From: an uncultured Oscillospiraceae bacterium
GTDB lineage: Bacteria > Bacillota > Clostridia > Oscillospirales > CAG-382
Direction of reading: 5' to 3'
DNA: 32,810 bases
NCBI GenBank assembly: GCA_964523005.1
Contig: CAZFZL010000001.1
Span: forward strand, 1 to 32,810
Below are positions 17,363 through 25,808 of this stretch, in pieces (positions within the stretch are counted from its first letter, which is position 1; each line of letters opens with the position of its first letter). A program made the translations under genes and the position numbers. Below the pieces are notes generated by a model, which saw nothing but the letters and a program-made list of their open reading frames with translations, had not been told where the DNA came from and did not search any database.

Positions 17363-17704
17363 ATGAAAATCAGCGATATACAGCGTCTGCTTGGTGCAGA
17401 ACTGCTTACGAAAACAGTGAATACCGATCAGGAGGTCTTTTCCGCCTGCGGAAGCGATATGATGAGCGATGTGCTCGCTTTCGTCAAGGAACAGGGCGTG
17501 CTGCTGACGGGGCTGGTGAACTGCCAGGTCGTCAGGACGGCCGACATGATGGATATGGTGTGCGTCGTGTTTGTGCGAGGGAAAAAGCCCTCGCCGGATA
17601 TTATCGCACTCGCGGAGGACTGCGGCATCGCGGTGCTCGCGACGGGAACAAAGATGTTCGAGGCATGCGGCATACTGTACACAAACGGACTTCACAGAAA
17701 ATGA
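17363..17704 (+). CDS. DRTGG-domain protein (copy 1)
   Basis: 113 aa. ACGSDMMSDVLAFV...VLLTGLVN...VVFVRGKKPSPDIIALAEDCGIAVLAT fits the DRTGG fold pattern. 6 nt after hydC. Confidence 0.65.
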   Translation: MKISDIQRLLGAELLTKTVNTDQEVFSACGSDMMSDVLAFVKEQGVLLTGLVNCQVVRTADMMDMVCVVFVRGKKPSPDIIALAEDCGIAVLATGTKMFEACGILYTNGLHRK

Positions 17705-17722
17705 TCGGTATCGGAGGAAGCA

Positions 17723-18148
17723 ATGGGCGAGCCTTATAAGGTAAGCTTCGACGTGGACGGGGAGAACTTTACCTCCGCCGGAGAAGCATCCATTCAGGTC
17801 AAAAAAATATTGCGTCAGCTCGGCTTTGCTCCCGAAACGATACGCCGCGTTTCGATAGCCATGTACGAAGGAGAGATCAACATGGTCATCCACGCCGGCG
17901 GCGGACGCGCGGAGCTTGCCGTTTACGACGATTATATCGAACTCGTGCTCACCGATCACGGGCCGGGGATAGCCGACGTAAACCTTGCTATGCAGGAGGG
18001 CTATTCGACGGCGCTCGAGCAGGTGCGCGCGCTCGGATTCGGAGCGGGCATGGGGCTTCCGAACATGAAAAGGTATACTGACGAGATGATCATAGATACG
18101 AAGCTCGGAGAGGGCACGAGGATCACGATGAGGGTGAAGACGGCATGA
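17723..18148 (+). CDS. RsbW/SpoIIAB-like GHKL ATPase (anti-sigma-type Ser/Thr kinase fold)
   Basis: 141 aa. N box EGEINMVIHA, G1 DHGPGI, G2 GFGAGMGLPNM. No HisKA or sensor domain. GGAGGAAG RBS. Confidence 0.7.
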   Translation: MGEPYKVSFDVDGENFTSAGEASIQVKKILRQLGFAPETIRRVSIAMYEGEINMVIHAGGGRAELAVYDDYIELVLTDHGPGIADVNLAMQEGYSTALEQVRALGFGAGMGLPNMKRYTDEMIIDTKLGEGTRITMRVKTA

Positions 18149-19452
18149 GTGAATATATCCATTCCGTTTCGCTCGACGTGGAAAAATGCAAGGGCTGTAC
18201 CAACTGCCTCAAGCGCTGCCCCACGGAAGCGATCAGCGTCAGGGACGGCCACGCCGAAATAGACGCGTCACGCTGTATCGACTGCGGCGAATGCATCCGC
18301 ATTTGCCCGTATAAAGCAAAAAAAGCAGTATACGATAAGCTTGAAAACGTAAGACAGACGAGCAAATGGCTCATTGCGCTTCCGGCGCCGTCGCTTTACG
18401 GTCAGTTTGACAATCTCGGCGACATCGACTATATAATCCAGGGGCTCAGAGACATCGGCTTCGACGATGTATACGAGGTCAGCGCAGCGGCTGAGATAGT
18501 CTCCGCTTATACGCGGCGCTTTCTAAAGCGTACAGACATAAAAAAACCCGTGATCAGCTCGGCGTGCCCAGTCGTGGTCAGGCTGATAACCCAGCGCTAC
18601 CCGTTCCTTTGCGGCAATATAATGCCGATGCTTCCGCCGGTTGAGATAGCCGCGATGAACGCGAAGGAGCGCGCGCTGAAGCGCCATCCGGAGCTGAAGG
18701 AAGAAGACATATGCGCGTGCTTCATATCGCCGTGCCCTGCAAAGGTGGGATACGTCAAGAACAAGCGCAATAGCGACCGCTCGTACGTGGACGCGGTGGT
18801 GTCGGTCGGCGATGTGTACTTTAAGCTGCTTGACGTTATGAACAAGGCGAAAATGCCGCCTCCCGTGTCCAACACTGGTATAATCGGTATAGGCTGGGCA
18901 TCGACCGGCGGCGAAGCGACAGCGCTTTTCAACGATAAATACCTCGCAGCCGACGGTATAGAAAACGTCATAAAGGTGCTTGAAGAGATAGACAACGACA
19001 ACTTTACCGGGCTTGAATTCATCGAGCTCAACGCCTGCAGCGGCGGCTGTGTCGGCGGCGTTATGACCGTCGAGAACCCGTACATCGCACAGGCGCGTCT
19101 ACAGATGCTCAAGCGCTACCTGCCCGTTTCGCAAAACTGGGTCAGGTCGGAGGGTGAGACGGACGACGGATACATCCCGGACAAATATTTTATTAAAAAC
19201 AATATCGAATACGACCCGACCGCCTATCTTGACAGCGACCGCAACGAAGCGATGAAGAAGATGAAAAAGATAGAAAAGCTCAACGAGACGCTTCCGGCGC
19301 TCGACTGCGGCTTCTGCGGTGCGCCGACCTGCCGCGCTTTTGCGGAGGACGTCGTGCGAAGCGGCGTGAGCGTGGATGACTGCGTTATCCATGTGAGGGA
19401 AATGGTCAAAAAATATAACGAAGAACACAAGAGCACAGGCGAAAACAAGTAA
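18145..19452 (+). CDS. hydS: HydS-type non-canonical (putative sensory, group D / M2e-like) [FeFe]-hydrogenase
   Basis: 435 aa. N-terminal 2x CxxCxxCxxxCP ferredoxin motifs. H-domain has degenerate motifs SSACP (L1), SPCPAK (L2), ELNACSGGCVGGV (L3). C-terminal Cx2Cx4Cx16C (CGFCGAPTC...C). No PAS domain. The ATG overlaps the upstream TGA. Confidence 0.75.
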   Translation: MSEYIHSVSLDVEKCKGCTNCLKRCPTEAISVRDGHAEIDASRCIDCGECIRICPYKAKKAVYDKLENVRQTSKWLIALPAPSLYGQFDNLGDIDYIIQGLRDIGFDDVYEVSAAAEIVSAYTRRFLKRTDIKKPVISSACPVVVRLITQRYPFLCGNIMPMLPPVEIAAMNAKERALKRHPELKEEDICACFISPCPAKVGYVKNKRNSDRSYVDAVVSVGDVYFKLLDVMNKAKMPPPVSNTGIIGIGWASTGGEATALFNDKYLAADGIENVIKVLEEIDNDNFTGLEFIELNACSGGCVGGVMTVENPYIAQARLQMLKRYLPVSQNWVRSEGETDDGYIPDKYFIKNNIEYDPTAYLDSDRNEAMKKMKKIEKLNETLPALDCGFCGAPTCRAFAEDVVRSGVSVDDCVIHVREMVKKYNEEHKSTGENK

Positions 19453-19468
19453 AGAAGGAAGCACGGGA

Positions 19469-19801
19469 ATGAACGTAAAAGAGCTTGCCGAAGCCGAAAA
19501 CCTCGAAATACTTGCGCTTCCGGATCCGAATGCGCAGGCGCAGGGCGTTTATACGGGCGATCTTCTCAGCTATGTCATGGGGCGTGTGAGCGCCGGTGAA
19601 TGCTGGGTGACGATCATGGACAACATCAACGTCCTTGCCGTCGCGTCGCTCGCCGGATGCGCGTGCGTTGTGCTTGCGGAAAACGCACCGGCGTCGGAGG
19701 AGTTTATAAAAACGGCAGAAGCCAAGGACGTCAACGTGCTGCGCAGCTCCGACACATCGGCGAAGCTGTGCTGCGTGCTCGGACGCCGCTTCGGAATGTG
19801 A
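19469..19801 (+). CDS. DRTGG-domain protein (copy 2)
   Basis: 110 aa. YTGDLLSYVMGRV...WVTIMDNINVLAVASLAGCACVVLAENAPASEEFIKTAEAKDVNVL. GAAGGAAG RBS. Confidence 0.6.
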   Translation: MNVKELAEAENLEILALPDPNAQAQGVYTGDLLSYVMGRVSAGECWVTIMDNINVLAVASLAGCACVVLAENAPASEEFIKTAEAKDVNVLRSSDTSAKLCCVLGRRFGM

Positions 19802-19802
19802 T

Positions 19803-20543
19803 ATGTTCATCGATTACAGCTACGACCTTCATATACACTCGTGTCTGTCGCCGTGCGGCGACGAAGATATGACCGTCAACAACATTGCCGGCATGGCGGC
19901 GCTCAACCGATTGAGCATCGCGGCGCTGACAGACCACAACAGCTCGAAAAACTGCCCGGCGTTCTATACGGCGTGCCGCCGCAACGGCGTCGTGCCCGTG
20001 GCAGGCATGGAGCTGACGACGGCGGAGGAAATACATCTGATATGTCTGTTCGAGCTTCTTGAGCAGGCTGCGGAATTTGATGAAAAAGTATACGCGTGCC
20101 TTCCGGACGTGAAAAACCGTGAGAGTATATTCGGACAGCAGCTTATTCTTGACGACTGTGACAACGTGATCGGAAAAGAAGAGAAGCTGCTCATAAACGC
20201 GACGACGCTCTCGCTTGCGGACGCGTGGACGCTCGTGAAAAAATGCGAAGGTGTGTGCTATCCGGCGCATATCGACCGTGAGGCGAACGGCATCGTGGCG
20301 ATACTCGGCACGTTCCCCGAAAAGCCGGAGTTCGGCTTCTATGAGCTTAACAACGCGGATAATTACGATAAATACAGGGAAGAATACCCCATATTGAAAA
20401 AACTGAAAATGCTTTCCTGCTCGGACGCACATTACCTTTATAATATAAACGAAGCCGTAAACACCGTTGCTCTTCCCGACAGGGCGGGCAGCGCTGAAAT
20501 AAGACACGAGCTTTTCGGATATATCAGGGGGCAAACGCAGTGA
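19803..20543 (+). CDS. PHP-domain metal-dependent phosphoesterase
   Basis: 246 aa. PHP motifs DLHIHS, LTDHNS, GMELT, PAHIDR, CSDAH. Starts 1 nt after the upstream stop. Confidence 0.8.
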   Translation: MFIDYSYDLHIHSCLSPCGDEDMTVNNIAGMAALNRLSIAALTDHNSSKNCPAFYTACRRNGVVPVAGMELTTAEEIHLICLFELLEQAAEFDEKVYACLPDVKNRESIFGQQLILDDCDNVIGKEEKLLINATTLSLADAWTLVKKCEGVCYPAHIDREANGIVAILGTFPEKPEFGFYELNNADNYDKYREEYPILKKLKMLSCSDAHYLYNINEAVNTVALPDRAGSAEIRHELFGYIRGQTQ

Positions 20544-21073
20544 GAGAGCTTTCACTCAACATTCTCGACATAGCGCAGAATTCCGTCAAGGCAGGAGCGC
20601 AGCATATCGATATAACGCTCATGGAGACGGATGAGCTGTTCACGTTTGCCGTAAAAGACGATGGCTGCGGGATGAGCGAAGAGCTGCTCGCGCGCGTGAA
20701 AGACCCGTTCACCACCACACGCACCACGCGCAAGGTCGGGCTTGGGATCCCGTTCCTCACGCTTGCTGCCAGACAGACGGGCGGCGACGTGACGATCGAA
20801 TCGTCCGTAAGCCCGAATACGCATGGAACGCTGCTCGAAGCAAGTTTTTATAAAAAGCACATAGACTTCACACCGCTCGGTGATATAATATCGACCGTCG
20901 TAACGCTCATACAGGGCAACCCGGACAGGGACATCACGTTTACTCATGATATGTGCGGGACGGTAATACGGCTTTCGACGGCGGAAATGCGTGAGATGCT
21001 CGGCAGCGTGCCGCTCTCGGAGCCGGACGTGCTCGTGTGGATACGCGAATACCTGACGGAACAATACGGATAA
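20540..21073 (+). CDS. GHKL/HATPase_c ATP-binding protein (kinase catalytic domain only)
   Basis: 177 aa. The GTG start overlaps the PHP stop (GTGA). N box LDIAQNSVKAGA, G1 DDGCGM, G2 GLGIPFL. No phosphoacceptor (HisKA) domain. Confidence 0.7.
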   Translation: MRELSLNILDIAQNSVKAGAQHIDITLMETDELFTFAVKDDGCGMSEELLARVKDPFTTTRTTRKVGLGIPFLTLAARQTGGDVTIESSVSPNTHGTLLEASFYKKHIDFTPLGDIISTVVTLIQGNPDRDITFTHDMCGTVIRLSTAEMREMLGSVPLSEPDVLVWIREYLTEQYG

Positions 21074-21114
21074 ATAAAATAAAATATATAAATCCGAAAG
21101 GAAGAAAAGAAAAC

Positions 21115-21486
21115 ATGAAATCACTCGCTGAACTCGCAGCAATCAAAGAAAGGATGCAGGGCAAGGTCGCGCTTCGCGAAGGCTCGGGAGAAACCCGGAT
21201 CGTCGTAGGCATGGCAACGTGCGGCATCGCGGCAGGCGCAAGGCCGGTGCTCAACACCTTCGTGGAAGAGATAGCGAAAGAAAACCTCACCGACAGAGTT
21301 ACGGTCACTCAGACGGGCTGCATCGGAATATGTCAGTTTGAACCGGTAGTCGAGGTCTACGAAAGCGGCAAGGAAAAGGTCACTTACGTTAAGATGACGG
21401 CGGACAAAGCGAAGAGGGTCGTTGCCGAGCACATCAAGGGCGGCAAGGTCGTTTCCGAGTATACAATAGGAAATACTAAGATATAG
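21115..21486 (+). CDS. Thioredoxin-like [2Fe-2S] ferredoxin (HydD-like small subunit)
   Basis: 123 aa from ATG 21115 (GGAAG RBS). VVGMATCGIAAGA ... GCIGICQFEPVV. Confidence 0.8.
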   Translation: MKSLAELAAIKERMQGKVALREGSGETRIVVGMATCGIAAGARPVLNTFVEEIAKENLTDRVTVTQTGCIGICQFEPVVEVYESGKEKVTYVKMTADKAKRVVAEHIKGGKVVSEYTIGNTKI

Positions 21487-21499
21487 GAGAACATGACAG

Positions 21500-23290
21500 A
21501 TGATTCGTGCACATGTAATGATCTGCGGCGGCACAGGCTGCACATCCTCAGGCAGCGACAAGCTCGCGGCGGCGCTTGAAACAGAGCTTAAGACGAGAGG
21601 GCTTGAGGAAGAAATAAAGGTCGTAAGGACAGGCTGCTTCGGCCTGTGCGCGCTCGGCCCGATAATGATAGTTTATCCCGACGGTACGTTTTACATCAGG
21701 GTAACGCCTGATGATATTCCTGAGATCGTCGAAGAACACCTGCTCAAGGGCAGAGTCGTGCAGAGACTCGTCTATGACGATTCCGGCGTACCGGACATCA
21801 AGGCGAACTCGCTCAACGAGACGGGCTTCTATAAGAAGCAGAAGAGAGTCGCGCTGCGCAACTGCGGCGTTATCAACCCCGAAGAAATCGACGAGTACAT
21901 AGCTCTCGACGGTTACAGAGCGCTCGGTAAAGTTCTTACCGAAATGACTCCGGACCAGGTCATCCAGACCATTCTCGACAGCGGGCTGCGCGGCAGAGGC
22001 GGCGGCGGATTCCCGACCGGCCGTAAATGGATGTTTGCCGCGAAGGTACCGTCCGACAAGAAATATGTCGTATGTAACGCCGATGAGGGCGACCCCGGCG
22101 CATTCATGGACCGTTCGGTGCTTGAAGGCGATCCGCACGCAGTCATAGAGGCTATGGCTATTGCAGGCTATGCGATAGGCGCAGACGAAGGCTATATCTA
22201 CGTCAGAGCCGAATACCCGATAGCTATCAAACGCCTTGAGATCGCAATACGCGAGGCGCGCGAATACAATTTGCTCGGCAAGGACATATTCGGCACAGGC
22301 TTCAACTTCGACATCACGCTTCGCTTCGGCGCAGGCGCGTTCGTCTGCGGTGAAGAAACGGCGCTGCTCACCTCGATAGAAGGCAAGCGCGGCGAGCCGC
22401 GTCCGAGACCTCCGTTCCCGGCGGTCAAGGGTCTGTTCGGTCAGCCTACGATAATCAATAACGTTGAAACACTCGCAAACATCGCACAGATTATACTCAA
22501 GGGCGCGGACTGGTTCGCTTCCATGGGTACTGAAAAGTCGAAGGGCACGAAGGTCTTTGCGCTCGGCGGCAAGATAAACCACACCGGACTCGTTGAGATC
22601 CCGATGGGCACGACGCTGCGCGAGATAATATATGACATCGGCGGCGGTATCCCGAACGGCAAGAAATTCAAGGCGGCTCAGACCGGCGGCCCGTCCGGCG
22701 GCTGTATCCCGGCTTCGCATCTTGACACGCCGATCGATTACGATTCGCTCATAGCTATCGGCTCGATGATGGGTTCAGGCGGACTTATCGTCATGGATGA
22801 AGACAACTGCATGGTCGACATAGCGAAATTCTTCCTTGAATTCACGGTCGACGAATCGTGCGGCAAATGCGCACCGTGCCGTATCGGTACAAGAAGGATG
22901 CTTGAGATACTCGAACGCATAACGAACGGTCAGGGTCAGGACGGCGATATCGAGAAGCTCGAAGAGCTTGCCATGAATATAAAAACATCGGCGCTCTGCG
23001 GACTCGGTCAGACGGCTCCGAACCCGGTGCTCAGCACGCTGCGGTATTTCCGCGACGAATACGAAGCTCATATCTATGAGAAACGCTGCCCGGCGCACCA
23101 CTGCAAGAAGCTTGCCGTGATCTCCATCAATCCGGAAAAATGCAAGGGCTGCTCCGCGTGCTCGCGCGCATGTCCGGTAGAAGCTATCAGCGGCGAGATA
23201 AAGAAGCCGTTCGTCATAGACCAGTCCAAGTGCATCAAGTGCCGCACCTGCATTGATAAGTGCAGATTCGGTGCGATAGAAATAAAGTAA
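21500..23290 (+). CDS. hydB: NuoF-like flavoprotein subunit of bifurcating-type [FeFe]-hydrogenase (HydB)
   Basis: 596 aa. N-terminal 2Fe-2S (ICGGTGC...GCFGLCALGP). FMN/NADH site GRGGGGFPTGRKW. N3-type CGKCAPCRIG. Two C-terminal CxxCxxCxxxC ferredoxin motifs. Confidence 0.9.
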   Translation: MIRAHVMICGGTGCTSSGSDKLAAALETELKTRGLEEEIKVVRTGCFGLCALGPIMIVYPDGTFYIRVTPDDIPEIVEEHLLKGRVVQRLVYDDSGVPDIKANSLNETGFYKKQKRVALRNCGVINPEEIDEYIALDGYRALGKVLTEMTPDQVIQTILDSGLRGRGGGGFPTGRKWMFAAKVPSDKKYVVCNADEGDPGAFMDRSVLEGDPHAVIEAMAIAGYAIGADEGYIYVRAEYPIAIKRLEIAIREAREYNLLGKDIFGTGFNFDITLRFGAGAFVCGEETALLTSIEGKRGEPRPRPPFPAVKGLFGQPTIINNVETLANIAQIILKGADWFASMGTEKSKGTKVFALGGKINHTGLVEIPMGTTLREIIYDIGGGIPNGKKFKAAQTGGPSGGCIPASHLDTPIDYDSLIAIGSMMGSGGLIVMDEDNCMVDIAKFFLEFTVDESCGKCAPCRIGTRRMLEILERITNGQGQDGDIEKLEELAMNIKTSALCGLGQTAPNPVLSTLRYFRDEYEAHIYEKRCPAHHCKKLAVISINPEKCKGCSACSRACPVEAISGEIKKPFVIDQSKCIKCRTCIDKCRFGAIEIK

Positions 23291-23303
23291 TCGGGAGGAA
23301 ATA

Positions 23304-25052
23304 ATGATGAACACAGTAAATATAACCATTGACGGCATCAAAGTGACGGTTCCTGCCGATTACACTGTGCTTGAAGCCGCGAAGGAAGCAAAGGTATATA
23401 TACCTACGCTCTGCTACCTCAAGGGCATCAACCAGATAGGCGCGTGCCGCATGTGTCTTGTTGAGGCATCGGGAACGAGAGGGCTTGCCGCCGCGTGCGT
23501 GCTGCCCGTTACCGACGGCATGACGGTCACGACGAACAACGATAAGATACGCAAGGCAAGAAAATCCACACTCGAGCTGCTTCTCTCAAACCACAACAGA
23601 GAATGCACGTCCTGCATCAGATCAAGAAACTGCGAATTTCAGACGCTCTGCAACGAATACGGCGTTGACGGATACCCGTACGACGGCGCGAAGACGGAAT
23701 CGACGATCGATGACGTCAGCCCGTCAATCGTCAGAGACAACAGCAAATGTATACTCTGCCGCCGCTGTGTTGCAGCGTGCAACGACGTTCAGAAGATAGG
23801 CGCGATAGGCGTCGGACGCAGAGGCTTCAAGACGAGAGTCGGATGCATCTACGACAAGTCGCTCGCCGATTCACCGTGCGTTAACTGCGGACAGTGCATC
23901 GCCGCGTGCCCGACGGGCGCGCTCCACGAAAAGGACAGCACGGCAGACGTTTGGAAGGCACTTGCCGATCCGGATAAATATGTCGTCGTTCAGCCCGCGC
24001 CTGCCGTAAGAGCAGCGCTCGGCGAAGAATTCGGAATGCCGGTCGGAACGTGTGTCACGGGCAAGCTTGCGGCTTCGCTTCGCCGTCTCGGCTTTGATAA
24101 GGTGTTCGACACTGACTTCGCTGCCGACCTTACGATCATGGAAGAGGGCACGGAATTCCTCGGAAGGATCAAGAATAACGGTGTGCTTCCGATGATCACG
24201 TCATGCTCGCCCGGCTGGATCAAATACTGCGAGACGTTCTACCCCGAATTTATACCGAACCTCAGCTCCTGCAAATCACCGCACGAGATGATGGGTGCTG
24301 TAATAAAAACGTATTTTGCCGAAAAGAACAACATCGATCCCGAAAAGATATACACTGTATCGGTCATGCCTTGCACCGCGAAGAAGTTTGAAGCAAAGCG
24401 CGGCGAGCTCGGACGTGACGGCATACAGGACGTTGACGCCGTTATCACGACCCGCGAGCTCGCGAGGATGATAAGAACGGCAGGCATCGATTTCACGGAG
24501 CTTGACGACGAGGATTTCGACGATGTGCTCGGCGAATCGACCGGCGCAGGTGTCATATTCGGAGCTACGGGCGGCGTTATGGAAGCGGCTCTTCGTACAG
24601 TGTACGAGGTCGTCACCGGAAAGACGCTCGAAAACGTCAACTTTGAGGCTGTAAGAGGAACCGAAGGCGTTAAGGAAGCGACGATCGACGTCGGCGGCAC
24701 CCCCGTAAGAGTGGCTGTCGCGAACGGTACGGGAAATGCTTCAGCACTGCTTGAAAAGGTCAAGAGCGGCGAGAAGCATTACGATTTCATCGAGATCATG
24801 GGCTGCCCGGGTGGCTGCGTGACCGGCGGCGGTCAGCCGATACTCACCGCGAAGCAGCAGCTTTCGCTCGACGCGAAAACGCTCAGAGCATCGGCTCTCT
24901 ACAAAGAAGACGAGGGCAAGACGCTCCGCAAGTCGCACGAGAACCCCTCCATCAAAAAAATCTACGCGGAATTCTTTGGAGAGCCTAACAGCCATAAAGC
25001 GCACGAGCTTCTTCATACATCATATGTACCGAGGAAGAAATACAACATCTGA
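23304..25052 (+). CDS. hydA: [FeFe]-hydrogenase catalytic subunit (HydA, M3/CpI-like architecture)
   Basis: 582 aa. 2Fe-2S (CYLKG..GACRMCLVE), His-ligated 4Fe-4S (HNRECTSCIRSRNC), two ferredoxin motifs. H-cluster motifs MPCTAKKFE and EIMGCPGGCVTGGGQP. L1 reads TSCSPGW instead of TSCCPGW. Confidence 0.9.
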   Translation: MMNTVNITIDGIKVTVPADYTVLEAAKEAKVYIPTLCYLKGINQIGACRMCLVEASGTRGLAAACVLPVTDGMTVTTNNDKIRKARKSTLELLLSNHNRECTSCIRSRNCEFQTLCNEYGVDGYPYDGAKTESTIDDVSPSIVRDNSKCILCRRCVAACNDVQKIGAIGVGRRGFKTRVGCIYDKSLADSPCVNCGQCIAACPTGALHEKDSTADVWKALADPDKYVVVQPAPAVRAALGEEFGMPVGTCVTGKLAASLRRLGFDKVFDTDFAADLTIMEEGTEFLGRIKNNGVLPMITSCSPGWIKYCETFYPEFIPNLSSCKSPHEMMGAVIKTYFAEKNNIDPEKIYTVSVMPCTAKKFEAKRGELGRDGIQDVDAVITTRELARMIRTAGIDFTELDDEDFDDVLGESTGAGVIFGATGGVMEAALRTVYEVVTGKTLENVNFEAVRGTEGVKEATIDVGGTPVRVAVANGTGNASALLEKVKSGEKHYDFIEIMGCPGGCVTGGGQPILTAKQQLSLDAKTLRASALYKEDEGKTLRKSHENPSIKKIYAEFFGEPNSHKAHELLHTSYVPRKKYNI

Positions 25053-25064
25053 TCTGCGTTCATC

Positions 25065-25091
25065 AGGGCTTGCCGGCGGCAAGCCCTTTTG
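25065..25091 (+). terminator. Intrinsic terminator after hydA
   Basis: agggcttgcc / ggcaagccct stem followed by TTTT. Confidence 0.7.
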
Positions 25092-25124
25092 CGTTCATTC
25101 AGCGGGAAAGGAAACGGTCAGGTC

Positions 25125-25808
25125 ATGGAAAAAACGTACTTCGGATATACTGCTTCTCAGATAATATCAAAAACGGACCATACGCTTCTCGGCAGGACCG
25201 CAACGCTTGAGCAGCTCGATAAGGTATGCTGTGAAGCGCTTGAATACGGTGCGGCAAGCGTGTGCATACCGCCGTGCTTTGTGAAAACGGCGCGCGCATA
25301 TGACGGTAAACTTACAGTCTGCACCGTTATCGGTTTCCCTAACGGCTATTCGACATCGCGCATGAAGAGCTTCGAGGCTCGGTGCGCTGTCGAGGACGGG
25401 GCGGACGAGATCGATATGGTCATCAATACAAATTATGTGCGAATGGGCAGATACGCTGACGCGCTTGCCGAGATCAACGAAGTCAAACGCGCCTGTGATT
25501 GGAAAACGCTCAAGGTGATAATAGAAACGTGTCTGCTGACGCAGAGCGAGAAGATCAACGCCGCGAGAACGGTATCCGAATCGGACGCCGATTATATCAA
25601 AACGTCCACCGGTTTTTCAACGGGCGGCGCGACGCGCGAGGACGTGGCGCTTCTTAAGGCATACTGCAAGGGAAAAAAGCTCAAAGCGGCAGGCGGGATA
25701 AAAACAATAAGAGACGCGGCAGATTTTCTGTCGCTCGGAGCTCATCGGCTAGGCTCAAGCTCATTGCTCGGGATGATATTAAAAGAAGAAAACGATGAAA
25801 AACTATGA
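25125..25808 (+). CDS. deoC: Deoxyribose-phosphate aldolase
   Basis: 227 aa from ATG 25125. IDHTLL-type motif (KTDHTLL), EIDMVIN, the Schiff-base lysine context DYIKTSTGF, KAAGGI. Confidence 0.9.
   Translation: MEKTYFGYTASQIISKTDHTLLGRTATLEQLDKVCCEALEYGAASVCIPPCFVKTARAYDGKLTVCTVIGFPNGYSTSRMKSFEARCAVEDGADEIDMVINTNYVRMGRYADALAEINEVKRACDWKTLKVIIETCLLTQSEKINAARTVSESDADYIKTSTGFSTGGATREDVALLKAYCKGKKLKAAGGIKTIRDAADFLSLGAHRLGSSSLLGMILKEENDEKL

Noticed and set aside
21548-22720. 390-aa minus-strand ORF antisense to hydB. Similar long antisense ORFs occur at 14478-15410, 16240-16962, 17237-17959, 19731-20555, 29855-30601 and 3381-3923.
   Set aside because: These are shadow ORFs, typical of GC-rich coding DNA. 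Their compositions are Arg/Ala/Pro/Ser-rich and low in complexity. They have no RBS and no recognisable motifs, and each is fully overlapped by a sense-strand gene with strong family signatures.
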